DNA of 64,000 nt, from positions 99,326,001 through 99,390,000 of the forward strand of contig NW_024704742.1 of the NCBI RefSeq assembly GCF_018977255.1, given 5' to 3'. This document shows positions 39,944 to 52,300 of the stretch, piece by piece. The number at the start of each line of letters is the position of its first letter. Position 1 is the stretch's first letter. The position numbers and the translations under genes were made by a program. Source of the stretch: Callorhinchus milii. Its lineage: Eukaryota. Below the pieces are notes generated by a model, which worked only from the letters and a program-made list of their open reading frames with translations, was not told the origin of the DNA and did not search any database.

Positions 39944-41079
39944 TCTTTTGGAAAGAGAGCCCAAGGATCCGAGGCAGCTCTGAAAACCCAGCAGTTGGGG
40001 ACAAGCTCACAAACCCAATGAAAACATCATAAATATATAAACATAATATAGAGGCAGTCCAGAACATTAACATTGTCTAAATATGAACATGGGCAAGTAT
40101 CACTTTACAGTTTAGCCAGTACATTGAGCATTGCATTATAATAATCCTTGCATTTAGTATAATGCATTACCCTGTGGTCCAGACATCTCAAACACTTCAC
40201 AGGATTTTACTGTGAAGTGTAAGGACTATGTGTTTGTAGGCAAACACGGTAGCCAAGTTGTGCACAGCATATTAGCTAGGGTTTAGCAAAATGATCAAAA
40301 CCATGGCTCCATTTTAATCGACATTGGTACATTCCCATTCCCTTTATTTGAATGGGAATTCTCTGGAGTATTGCAGACCCGTCTGGCCCAGGAACCAAAT
40401 TAATGAGACCATCACAGAGGAGTGATGCAATTCTGACATTCTGTTGCCAAGCTTGTCGTCTTGGATTCAGCTCAGGCTCCACAAAACCTTGCTTGCCTTC
40501 CTCCTTCACAAATGAAATGTTACAAACTTCGTCGAACAAGTTAAAACTGAACTTGGTTTCACTTGTGTGACTGTTGCGTCCTCACCACCCTCAGCTCCCA
40601 CTCTCAGCTCGGGTGCCAAGGCAGGACTGTTAAACACCTTGGGACATCCTTTGTATTTGAAAGGAGCTATATAAATGTAAATTTGTATTTTATTGTATGA
40701 CTCCTATTGATTTTAAGCCCACACAAATACCTTGTAACATAACTCAGGTCAACACACTATACCGCTGTCCTAATTCACTTGTGGCCATCTGATATTCGAT
40801 GTCAAGTGCACACAGTCTTACGACATAATATACAAATCATTTTCCAATGATTTTACTCCAGTGCCAGATGTTGTGGAACTTTGGCTGCCACATTTCCCTG
40901 CAGATACACAGTCACTACACTTTGCAGTAAATCTGATGAAGCACTTTGAGACATTTCGACAATGTGATAAAGCACTATATCAAATGCTATAATATTATTA
41001 GAATTATTACGTTCATTAAAAAGTTACACCACTAATGTCATACCCTGTCATCCTTTATCAGTAACAGGCTCCCCCCTCC

Positions 41080-41290
41080 CCTGGAATGAAACTATCATGA
41101 CAAGATTAAAGGATTACAAAGGAATTTGTATGCATTAAATTAAATGATGGATTGCTGGAAATAGGATTCTGAGATATGAAGAGAGGGTATAGAAGCTAGG
41201 AATTTTCACGCTGGAGAAGACTCAGGGGAGATCTAACTGAAGAACTCAAGATCCTAAAGTGCATAGATCAATTGAGCCCTAATATAGTGT
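41080..41290 (+). mobile_element. Decayed CR1 ORF2 fragment
   Basis: Resembles LxYEERLxxLGxFxLExRRLRGDLIExxKILKGxD. Confidence 0.65.
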
Positions 41291-42624
41291 GTCCTATTCT
41301 CACGTGCTTCAGTATAGTGCAGGTCCATTTATAGCATGGGTATACCATGGATCAGATAGATGTGCAATAGATTTCTAGTTTCTGGTGCTGACTTTCTTTC
41401 TGACTTTTTTGGCTTTCTGCCGATAGCAAGCAGAAGGTGCCTACAAAACATCCAAATACTCCAATTCACAATGAGGGTTGAGAAAACTGCTTGACATATA
41501 ATGTTGTCCCAGCAACCGCTGTGAACACTCGAGAGAGTGATATCAGGATTGACCTGATAACCCAGAAGAGCTGATCAACACATATTTTTGACCACAAAGT
41601 ATGCAGTCACTACACTTTACAGTATATCCTGTGAAGCACTTTGAGACATCTCAAAGACGTGATACAGTGCTATATTAAATGCAAGGATTATTATTATTGT
41701 TATCATTACTGGCAGCCAGTTGTATATAGCATCCCGTGACAAAGCGGAATGTGATTTTATGTACCCATATAATTATAATTATAATTATAATGGGGGTCCA
41801 ATTGAAAAACATTTAAAATTGTCAAAATATCTAAAAGAAGGGGCACTGACTCAGGCTCAAAAGTAGGAAGATGAACAGAGCGTTCAGATGTAATTGTTTT
41901 ACACAGAGCATGGTGAGCATGTGGAATGGACTACCAAAGGAGTCAAATTCAAGAGGAAATTCAACAGCAATTTGGTGAACAATTCAATTGAGGGATACAG
42001 GAAACAGAGGAGGTTACATTTATCTATTCTTTTTTTTTCTCCCTTTTTTTATACATACAGAATTAAGTTGGGACCGGGAAGGTGGACTTCAATGGTTTTT
42101 TGTATGTTTCTACAACCGGGTTGAAATAAATATGATGATAGAGTACCTGGTTGCATTATTGAGCACGTATGTTGTAAATCAACTGCTCACCAATCATACA
42201 CAGACCTGTAATTCTGACCGGACCATCACCACCACAACCATTCAGTTGACGGCAAGTAATGGAAAACATGTCCGCAGAAGAGAAATGTGATCTCAAAACA
42301 TTGGTTTTATTACAATTGGCAAATAACAATCTGAGTGAGCTGTGTCAGGATTAAACAGTAAGTAGATTCGGGACATTACAGCAAATATGGAATTCGGAAT
42401 TAATTAAAAGGCTAATCTCCATTTGTACCTTTGATCTAATGAAAAAAAAGTACATGCTGGGATGAATCTGACTCTGACACTTAATACGCTCACTTGAGCA
42501 GGCCTGTTACATTTCATCTGCATTTTACATTATCAGAGCCTCCAGTGCTACCAAAATACAGAATTATTTCATGAAAATGGAGCTGTTTGGTGCTTCTATA
42601 AACTTTTCCCACCAAGTTCTTTGG

Positions 42625-42900
42625 CTGAAACATTAAACTGGTATCCTCTCTGCATGTTCGCATGGATATTAAAGATCCATTGTTGAAAAGAGAAGGTAGT
42701 TCTGGCTAACAATCCCTTGAATAAATTTGGACACACAGAATTTTCATGGCTGTTTGTGGGACATTGCTATGCGCAAATTGGCTGCCATGTTTGTCTACAA
42801 AATATACAGTAATTTCACTTCACAATAAAATCTTGAGAAGTGCTTTTAATTATTGTAATGACATAACGCATTACATCAGATGCAAGAATTATTATTATTG
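42625..42900 (+). mobile_element. Old Deu-domain SINE fragment
   Basis: ggatattaaagatcca core; gtttgtgggacattgctatgcgcaaattggctgcc; (TTA)n tail. Confidence 0.75.
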
Positions 42901-44065
42901 AGACAATTTTTGTCAGTAAACATTGGTGATGGTCCTGCCAAAAGCGGTGGTTAAAGTAGAATCCACAAATTGCATTTATTGTTTCAGTGTAAAAGTAAAT
43001 GTCTCAAAGTGCATTGCTAAATATAAAACTGAAAATAGACACTGTAAATTTAAAAATCAGAACCGTTAAAGGGGAATTAGACAAATAATAATAATCCTTG
43101 ATTTGGTATAGCGCCTTATCACATCGTTGAGATGTCTCAAAAAAGTGCTTCACAGGATATCCTGTCAAGTGGATTGATTATGTATTTTGCGGGCAAAAGG
43201 GCTTTATTTGAAAAGCAAAAATCTAAAAGCCTATGGAGAAAAGGTAGGAGAGTGGGACAAAATAAATATCTCTCACAAACCGAACACAGGCTGGATGGGC
43301 CAATTGGTCTTCTTTTGTGCTGAAAAATGTTATGATTCTACATCTTGAGCAGCTGAGACAGATGGATGTAAAGCAACCTCTAAGTCCAATGAATGGATCT
43401 ATATTAAACTGAGATAATCAGGAGACTTGATAATCAGTATCTGAATACAAGGAAGGCCAGAATGACATAAACTGTATAGACCATTATGAGTTTGCCCTTA
43501 CTGACTTACAAGGACTTAATTACATACATCTTAGGCAGAGCACATTCCTGTGTGTGGAGAAAGGAGAGACTGATTGTTGTAATAGCGCTAACATTAATTT
43601 TGTCTCACTTTAATGCTCTGCCTAAATAAACATTCATCACATTTACCACTAAAAATGACTATTGGTTCCTGAGACAATTCTTATGGATTACATAAGTTTA
43701 TGCTATTCTAAATTAATTGTGCACTTATCACACATCGGGAAAGGTTGAATAGTGTGAGCCCAGATAATGGAACTGGAAACCCTTCAGTTTCCGTGTACCA
43801 TTTACAATAGGGTTTTTGTTCGAATAATTTTCTGTACAGTTTTTACTTTGTGGTGAAAGATTAGAATGGAAAAGAAAACAGCAAGACTGCAAGATGCCTG
43901 CTTGGACAAGGAAAATGTGCAATGCCAAAAATCTCTTTGTAGCACTTTATCAGAGGACTAGAACGCAATGCTAAAATGTTTGGAATTAAAGTGACAAATA
44001 ATGTAAAGAATAGTCCAACAGAAACTTTCTGATACTTCATCTTATAGCCTGTGCATTATAAAGGG

Positions 44066-44718
44066 TCGCCTGACTCTGCTACTGTTCACACTGCAGGCCA
44101 CCAGGACCCTCATACATGCTTTCATTACATTGAGGCTCGACTATATAAGCTCATTGCTTGTCGGCCTCCCCAACTCCTCCCTCCGAAGGCTGCAGATCAT
44201 CCAGAACTCTACAGCCCGTGTCCTCTCCCGCACCAGGCTCCACGACCCTATCATCCCCATTCTTGCCCAACTCCAGTGGCTTCCCATCACACAGAGGATG
44301 CAGTTCAAGATCCTGGTCTTCATCTTCAAAGCCGTCCACAGTCTTGCTCCCCCCTACCTCTGCGACCTCCTAACCCCCTATCATCCTGCTCGCTCCCTCC
44401 ACTCAGCGGGCTCCAGCCTGCTTTACGTCCCCCGCCTCGCTCGCCCCACTATTTGGCAGGTCGGCCTTCTGCCACTCTGCCCCCACCTTCTGGAATTCCA
44501 TCCCGCAGTTCCTCTGCTTTGCCCCCTCCCTTGCCACCTTCAAGACCCATCTCAAGACCCCCCTCTTCGACCGTGCTTTCGATCTCCCTGCTTACCCCCC
44601 TGCCCTTCATCCTCCCCAACCCCAACCCCCAGCTCGGTTCCATAACTCTGTCTGTCCAGCGCCTTGGGACATCCCCATGACATGAAAGGCGCTTACAAAT
44701 GTAATTTTGTTCTTGTTA
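44066..44718 (+). mobile_element. L2 LINE 3' fragment (best-preserved copy)
   Basis: RLDYISSLLVGLPNSSLRRLQIIQNSTARVLSRTRLHDPIIPILAQLQWLPITQRMQFKILVFIFKAVHSLAPPYLCDLL; 3' UTR and tail. Confidence 0.95.
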
Positions 44719-45419
44719 TATTTCAATCACACTGGAATATTGTCATCATAGTTCACACTTTTACAATAAGCAGCTTGAGCTAACGGGACAAGATTCTACA
44801 ATCTGGGCGAAACTCATTCAGAAATGAAGTGTCTGGTTTCTCAGAAAGAGAAGATGGTTTACTTGGCAATATCCACTGGAACATATGAGCCTCATAGGAA
44901 AATGATTAAAAGAGCTTTTGTACTACATCATGTGAAAATAAACAGTAATATTTCCATGAATGATACACTGGATCTTCATGTATTCATACACTGATACAAT
45001 ATAATTCAGGGGTGATGTTCATCATTTTTATATCTTAGCCTGGAAATATCTACTGTGTTTTTTTTCACTTACAAGCTTCGCAACAATTCTAGTCATTGAT
45101 TTGACTCATTGCTGCCAATGGGTAGCAAACAAAAACATTGGAAAGAAGAAGTGAGGTAGCACCTTACAGGTCATTTCAGCAGCAAATTGCACATTTGGGA
45201 CCAATTCTCTGATCTTTGATCAAAATTGGCAAACCTCAGGATGGGCAAACAAGTCCTCTTCCCTGTTGTTGGTAATTTACAGACTCCTGCAGGTTTGAGG
45301 TCACAATGGGACTGAAAATATACTTCAATTGCAGAATCACAGCTTAAAAGTCATTCAGAGAACTTACCGATGCCATAGTGGATAAAGATGTCATCTGGTG
45401 AACACTACTCGATACATAT

Positions 45420-45525
45420 TAAATATACAGTCAATTCACTTTACAGCATATTCTGTGAAGCACTTTGAGACGTCTAGAAGACGTGACAAGCGCTATATCA
45501 AATGCAAGGATTATGATTATTATTT
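45420..45525 (+). mobile_element. 5'-truncated young SINE tail
   Basis: aaatatacagtcaattcactttacag...gagacgtctagaagacgtg...aaatgcaaggattat. Confidence 0.85.
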
Positions 45526-45699
45526 TAATAAAAGTGTCAACCTGGTTCAGTTAATAGTTCCTGCCACTGAGTCAGAAGCTCATGGGTTCAAGCCCCATAT
45601 TGGGCCTTTGAGCTCATAGTCTAGGCTGATGCACCAAGGTAGTGCCGGAGAAGCACTGTATAGTCAGAGTGCCATTATTTATTATTATATGCTGCGCCA

Positions 45700-46145
45700 T
45701 AGTAATAATAATTCTTGCATTTGTTATAGCACCTTTCATCTAGAGCAGACATCTTAACGTGCTTCACACTGTAAACTGTAGCGACTGTGTATTTTTGTAG
45801 GCAAATGTGGCAGCCAAACTGCACACACCAATGCCCCATAAACAGCCATGAAGTGAATGCACAATTTTATTTGGGAGGTTTTTGGTCAATGCATTTGGAG
45901 AAATTCCCTTCACTTTTCAGATAGATCTTTAACATCCATTTTTCGTTTAATGTCTCATCCAAAGGATATCAACTCCAACAATGCACAACGCTGTTCTTGC
46001 ACTGCAGTGTAAATTCCTAGTTCCACAACAGTTATCAGAATGTATTAGAGTGTCAGCCAAGACTGTGAGTTCAAAGTTCAAAGATGGGGGGTTTGAACCC
46101 ATGATCTTCCAAATCAAAGGCGAGAGTGCTACCAACTGAGCACAT
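45700..46145 (-). mobile_element. Old Deu-domain SINE, near full length
   Basis: Head gctcagttggtagcactctcgcc...gggttcaaacccc on the minus strand; ggatgagacattaaac core; tail. Confidence 0.78.
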
Positions 46146-46164
46146 GTCACCTGTTGGAATTCCT

Positions 46165-46400
46165 CAGCCAGCCTGACCTAGCAGCCAGTTTTCATTCATG
46201 AACCTTGATAGCGAGAATTGCTGGACTATTTAACCAAGGGTCAGGGGAAATTAGAACTTATCCTCACCCAATACTTACTCATGCATAATTTCTTGCATTC
46301 CTTCCCATGATTGATTATATCTCTCTCTAATCCACACACTCTGAAGTTAACTGCAGCAGTTCTACCACTGCTTTGGCTGAGATCAGGTAACTAAGCATAC
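46165..46400 (-). repeat. Second unclassified ancient SINE-like repeat (related to 51400-51690)
   Basis: Reverse complement ttgggtgaggataagttc...aaatagtccagcaattctc...aaaactgg aligns with 51512-51603. Confidence 0.55.
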
Positions 46401-47637
46401 ATAGCCTTTCCCTCAATATCCTAACATTTGCTAATGCGTCCCATAGCTTGGGTGATGTGTGCAAAAGATGCTGATCAAGAGGTAAGGTATATCAGTGTTG
46501 AAGGTCACCACCTGTTGCATCCAGTCACATTCATGCCAACACTCTGGGCATCTAAGGATAGTCTTTAGGTCAAATAAAAACTGAAGGTTAACTGAGGATC
46601 ACAGCTGAAAAAATATCTCACCTAAGTCTAATGCTGTAACTTTGTCACTTGGCACTTATTTGACAATGTAGATATTCATCATAGATCTAAAACTATAAGA
46701 GACTTGGGCTGTTTTCATTTTGCTGAAAAGTTGCTCAATATAATACCACACTGATCTGATTTTGAGGATTATACAACAAAGTTACACTACATTTTTGGAA
46801 GCTCCTACATTTCCCATTTGTATTTGTGAAGCATGTTGTCTTTTAACTGGAGGATTCTTGACCTGAGAAGCATCTTGTGCCCAGCAAAGCAGCTGCCTGA
46901 CCCATCCTATTGAATTCTAGACTCGTCTCTGGAAGAAGCCAAATCAGCAGGAAGCCACACACAGTTATCATGTGCGACCTTTTTTTATGTCTTACAAACT
47001 GAGTCCAACAGGAACATTACCCCCTTCGAGTTTTACAGGTACAGATTTGATTTCTGACAGGGTGCACAACTTGCAAGCTTCAAGCAATAGTCGGAATCGA
47101 TCCAACTCCATCCCTATGAGCAACAGATGTCTAAAACAGACCCTGTGATCAGACATTTTTTTTCCTTGCACTTTTTATTCATATTTTTCTGCAACTTGCT
47201 TTACAACAACAACAACAAGATTGCATTTACAGAGCGCCTTTCACGTTAGCCCAGCTAGTAGCATTCTAGTCTCTGTGTCAGATTGGGGTATGAGCTCATT
47301 GTCTGGGCTGACACTGAATGAGGTACTGTACTGAGTGCAGCATAGTTGGAGGTGCTATCTTTCAGAAGTGATGTGAAGATGTAAAGTCCTGTCTACTTGT
47401 TCAGGTGGACGTCAAAGATCCCACTGTATTTCTTTGAAAAGAAAAGTAAGTTTCTTCTGATGACCTGGTCAACAATCCTCCGGATTAATTTTTCAATCAC
47501 CTCACAGACTTCCCTGTTACAAATTCCTGCTGTGTAATACATCTCAAAGATCTTTTGGCTCAGTAGGAAACTATTCAAAGCACTTATCCATTGAGCTATT
47601 CAGTGAACTACGTCTAGGCCCAATGGTAACCTGTTAT

Positions 47638-47966
47638 ATAATAATAATAATAATAATAATAATCCTTGCATTTGATATAGCGCTTTTCACGTCGGGAGGA
47701 CGTCCCAAAGCGCTTCACAGAACACACTGTAAAGTGAATTGACTGTATATTTGTGGGCGAACGCGGCAGCCAATTGCGCACAGCAATGTCCCACAAACAG
47801 TCGTGGATTGAAAATGACCAATTTATTATTGTTTTTTTTTTTTGGAGGGATTATTATTAGGCGTGTGGAGTAAGGAAACTTGCCCAAGGTTTCGCCCTGC
47901 CGGGAATCGAACTCAGGTCTCTCACTTGCAAAGCGAGTGCTCTAACCACTGAGCTACAGGACTCCA
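47638..47966 (-). mobile_element. Full-length young tRNA-Ala SINE (CTCCC-loop type)
   Basis: Reverse complement of the consensus; long (TAA)n on the plus strand. Confidence 0.96.
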
Positions 47967-48510
47967 TATTGGAACTAATTCAACTTGATAATTAATGAGT
48001 AATTCATTGATCCACTACTTTGTCAGTCCAGAGTTCCACCCTGTGCAGGATCATTCCAACGGCAGTTCCACTTTGAGTTTCACAGTCAGCATATGATTAA
48101 ACAGCTATAACAAAAAATTACATGATAAAATATCATACTTTTGATGAAGTAAAAAAATGACAGGCAATGGAATGTGAGACTAAGTCAACCCTCTGTGGTG
48201 GACTCAGTAGTCTAGTTCTTGAGCCAGGTACATCCAAGGTTCTGCAGGGCTAATGATAGACTAACCAGTCTAGATGCTCAGCATCACTGGACGGGTAGAT
48301 ATGTGGAACTCTCAATCTGGTTTGGATGTTTGGATACTTTTTAAGCATGGGTTTCCACCAGTGTCAGACATCTGGCTGACCAAAAAAAGGTTTTAGTATT
48401 GATCGAAACTACTGCATTTTATTGCACAGGAAACACTAATGATAGTATATTCCCTCTATTGTAAATGCACACAGGCTACAGAGAAGATACAATAGAAAAT
48501 GCAATACTTT

Positions 48511-48829
48511 GTGGAGTCCTGTAGCTCAGTGGTTAGAGCACTCGCTTTGCAAGCGAGAGACCTGAGTTCAATTCCAGGCAGGGCGAAACCTTGGGCAAGT
48601 TTCCTTACTCCACACAGAGCCTAATAATAATCCCTCAAAAAAAACAATAATAAATTGGTCATTTTCAATCCACGACTGTTTGTGGGACATTGCTGTGCGC
48701 AATTGGCTGCCGCGTTCGCCCACAAATATACAGTCAATTCACTTTACAGTATATTCTGTGAAGCGCTTTGGGACGTCCTCCCGACGTGAAAAGCGCTATA
48801 ACAAATGCAAGGATTATTATTATTATTAT
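48511..48829 (+). mobile_element. Full-length young tRNA-Ala SINE with 6-bp TSD (tacttt)
   Basis: Intact head and tail; tacttt at 48505-48510 and 48830-48835. Confidence 0.96.
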
Positions 48830-51029
48830 TACTTTCACAAATCCGGGGTTGTGAAAAACAATGTCGTTATCAGTTTATTTTTCAAAATACATTGAAGTGC
48901 ACTATAAAACAGTTTGAAAGAAAAAAGCAACAGATACCAGTAAAAATCAAACAGTACAAAGTCTGCTTACATAAAGAGCACATATCTACACTGTGTTCCT
49001 TTACAACGCTGTTTGAGTTAGTGTTTGAAATGTAGCTGCTAACAAATAACCATTTGTTGTCTGTTGAATTGAGGTCTGCTAAGGCGGCATTTCAGTGTTT
49101 GTATGAGTTCTGGTGAGATGTAGCTGAGGTCATTGGCTTGTTTACCTTGTAAGGGAACTTCAAAGAGACTGAACTGAGAGACATTTCATAGGGGTCACAA
49201 TGTGATTGAATTGTATTGACAAATATTACCATGATAAATCATTACTTGATATATTGTACCAAAGTTGAATAAACAGACAGTATACCCCATGTAAGGAAGT
49301 ATTGATTTAAGGTTTTATGCAGTTAGTAAGGAATGTTCACCTTAAAGCCGGCTATATCATTATTCCCGTTTGTACGCTCTCACTTAAACAAACACTACTT
49401 TTATTTATGTCTCTTTGCATTGGTAAATAATTATGAACGTTTGTTTCCATTTGACAAAATCTATTCAAACAAATGCAGTTCTTATCAGAATTATTTTCAT
49501 TGTCAATTACCATTATCCGTAGTGGTATGGTATGACCTTCCTGTGCTCAGCAAGAATTTCATTTTTTCTGTCAGGCAACTAGATGTGACTTGAGTTCCGA
49601 TGAATTCCAGGAGAAGTACTGGAACCATCAATACATATGTCTGCATAATAAGCTTGTATAAGAATATAAATAAACATAGCCTTAATAGACTCTTGACCCA
49701 AAGTTAATGCACATGTCTTCCGCTGAATTGAAAAACAAGAACGATGAGTAATGTGACATTCCCTGTAATGAAAGGAAAGCAATGTAGGCACTTCTAAAAT
49801 TACATTATGACATGATCAAACTAGTCCATCATATTTTTTTTCCAGAAATTTGATCAAGAAATCCAGCCGGAATTTTGAACAGTCCAAAACAAGGTTGTGA
49901 GACATTGTAATCCAAGTTATTATTAAATATATATATATATATTTCAAATTACTTTAGCTTTAGATGTTTTTAAAACTGTCAGAAACATTGCTGCAAAGAG
50001 ACATATTACACGCCTCTAGGTTGTAATTATTCATTCGGGGTCAGTATCATTTGATGATAGCAGTTTGTCTATCTCACTGATTCTCAAAGAAACATAAACC
50101 CAATCACACATTAATTCACGCAGTCCATAGCAATCCGCATGTGGTTTCATCTACGTGTAATGAGTATGCCTGAGAGCAATCTGAAAATAGTTGCTGTTTG
50201 TATACGCCTGTGTGACATGCTGCATTTCCCTTCTTGTTGCTTATTAAAAACATTGGATGACATTTTCCCCTTGGCACCATGATGCAAGCACTAGTTGTGC
50301 TGGCACATTGCTGCTTTCCACTCTGAGTTTTTCTAACATATTGCATTTCACCACTGTTTGTATTGCTACACGTTTACCTTTAAAACTCTGCGCAGGTGGC
50401 ACCCAGTCTGATTTAAGGCAGTGAATACTTTAATCAGGCTTGTGCTGTCCTTAATAATGTTGGATGAGATATTACCCTCAACCATTCAATACTAAGCCCT
50501 GGCATTAGTTAAACATTCACGCAGCTGGTCTTAATAGTGCCTGAGCCATATAAAACACATGACACTTCAGCAGGCAGACCTATCCTGACAGTAGACTGAT
50601 ATATAATGATGCATGTGGATGCTTCTGGCAGGGTAAGAAGATGAGAGAGGAGGCCATATCTTTTGCACGGTTTTATTGGCAGTCCTGCCTGTGGAAAGCA
50701 AGTCAGGTGCATGTTTTGATAAAGCAAAAAAATCATAGCTGTTCAGCTAACTTGGGGGGCATTCGAAATCACAATCAATAATTACCAGCTTTTTCTGCAC
50801 CTGTGAGCTTTGAAGCTTCTACGTGTATGCTATTTGACCTATTCAACCTCCTGATGGAGATTTGTCCAGCATCAGCAAATCTGCTCCGCAGGTTAGCTAA
50901 GGTATTGATCCCTAATTTGTTTAGCCAAACCAGTTGCTGTATTGTATTCCTAATTGCCCCCAAATTGCTAGGTTTTCAATTGTGGATCTGGTTTGCTTAA
51001 ATAGAATGCCTATTTTCAGAAAATCAGCC

Positions 51030-51345
51030 TGATACAGGCACCTAGGAACACAGGAAATGCTAGATGAAAAAAGACAAAGGTGCATCCAGTTTGCCTTCCA
51101 CCATCCTGGCAGTTGCTTGTAGTTTTTATGTCCTGAACTACTCAAATACTGTATCCCAAAATATTATTTCGTAAAAGAAATCAATGTAATTTGCATTTAA
51201 AAGAATCAACACTTTCTGCTTTCACCATCTCCCTAGGGAGCCTGTTCCATAGATCTACCACTCGCTCACTGAAATAGTGTTTCCGCAGATTTGTTTTGAA
51301 TTTCAAATCGCAGGCCATGTTCTCTGGTTCTACTGTTCTAAACAA
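51030..51345 (-). mobile_element. CR1-type LINE 3' end
   Basis: Antisense of RKHYFSERVVDLWNRLPREMVKAESVDSFKCKL; similar to 8478-8795. Confidence 0.85.
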
Positions 51346-51399
51346 GATTAGACAGGTACTGTATTATGGTACTCCCCGAAGGAACATGAACTAAGAATT

Positions 51400-51690
51400 G
51401 CTCCTGATGTAGCAACAGCTCATATAGTTGGTCTGAACTCAGTTGATGCATCCCAGGGTGAGAGAGAGTGAAATTAATTGTGGTTCTCCAACTAGAGAAG
51501 GTGTGTGGATGTTGGGTGAAGATGGGTTCAGACTCAGTTGTGATAACCCTTCAATCAAATTGTCTGCCATTACTCAATCTTACGGCTCACATACAAATAC
51601 TGGACAATGGGTTGAGGTATGGGAGAATGACTGCTACCCATGATCCTGCGCCCCTGTAGAAGGGGAAGAAAAAGTCTTGGGAGAGGAAAA
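51400..51690 (+). repeat. Ancient SINE-like repeat (family of 46165-46400; weaker copies near 30780-30950 and 39410-39620)
   Basis: By-eye alignment between copies. Confidence 0.55.
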
Positions 51691-51939
51691 TATGCTCCTG
51701 ATTGCTACCTAATGTTTCATGCTGGAGATGCATGTGGAGACCAGGGGAGCCTGTTTAGGCTATTTAGAAATGAGTCTTAGGATCAGGTTTTATTTTTGCC
51801 ATTTTGGATCTCAGATTGGGGCCATTCAATGCATCTTTACTGGGATAATGTCAAATAAATTGACATCCAGCAAAGCAACAACTGGACGTCTGCTCTCAGG
51901 ATAGAATGCGTGATCTCGCTAAATGGGAAGTCAAGAGAG

Positions 51940-52110
51940 AATCATACAATCCTACAGCACAGAACTAGACCATTTGGTCCATTGTGCCTGTGCCTGTGCC
52001 GGCTCATTGAAAGAATTATCCGATTCCACTCCCACCTCTTTCCCAATAACCTTGCAACTTTTTTCTTTTCAATTATCTATCCAATTCCCTTTTGAAAGTT
52101 CTTATTGAAT
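51940..52110 (-). mobile_element. CR1-type 3' tail
   Basis: atcatacaatcctacagcacagaa...gaccatttggtccattgtgcctgtgcc resembles the start of the 38876 copy. Confidence 0.75.
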
Positions 52111-52249
52111 GATAAATTTCCACTATTCCTAGAAAGGCAGTTTTCTGTGCTTGCAAAAGGCAATGTTTCACCAACATCCCAATTGGGCTCCATTTCCTTA
52201 ACTTTTCTCCATATCATTTCACACTCTTACTCCCCAAGTACCTATCGAT

Positions 52250-52300
52250 TTCCCTTTCAAACATCCTGATCAATGTTCCCTTTCAAACATCCTGATCGAT
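52250..52300 (+). repeat. Tandem duplication, 26-bp period
   Basis: ttccctttcaaacatcctgatc twice in tandem. Confidence 0.9.

Noticed and set aside
44051..44680. 209-aa proline-rich ORF, the longest in the window
   Set aside because: Alternative frame of a C-rich L2 3' fragment
45368..45394. Minus-strand 27-nt microexon candidate (cag|ATGACATCTTTATCCACTATGGCATCG|gtaagt)
   Set aside because: Good donor and frame-preserving length, but there is almost no pyrimidine tract and a SINE fragment abuts the acceptor; likely chance
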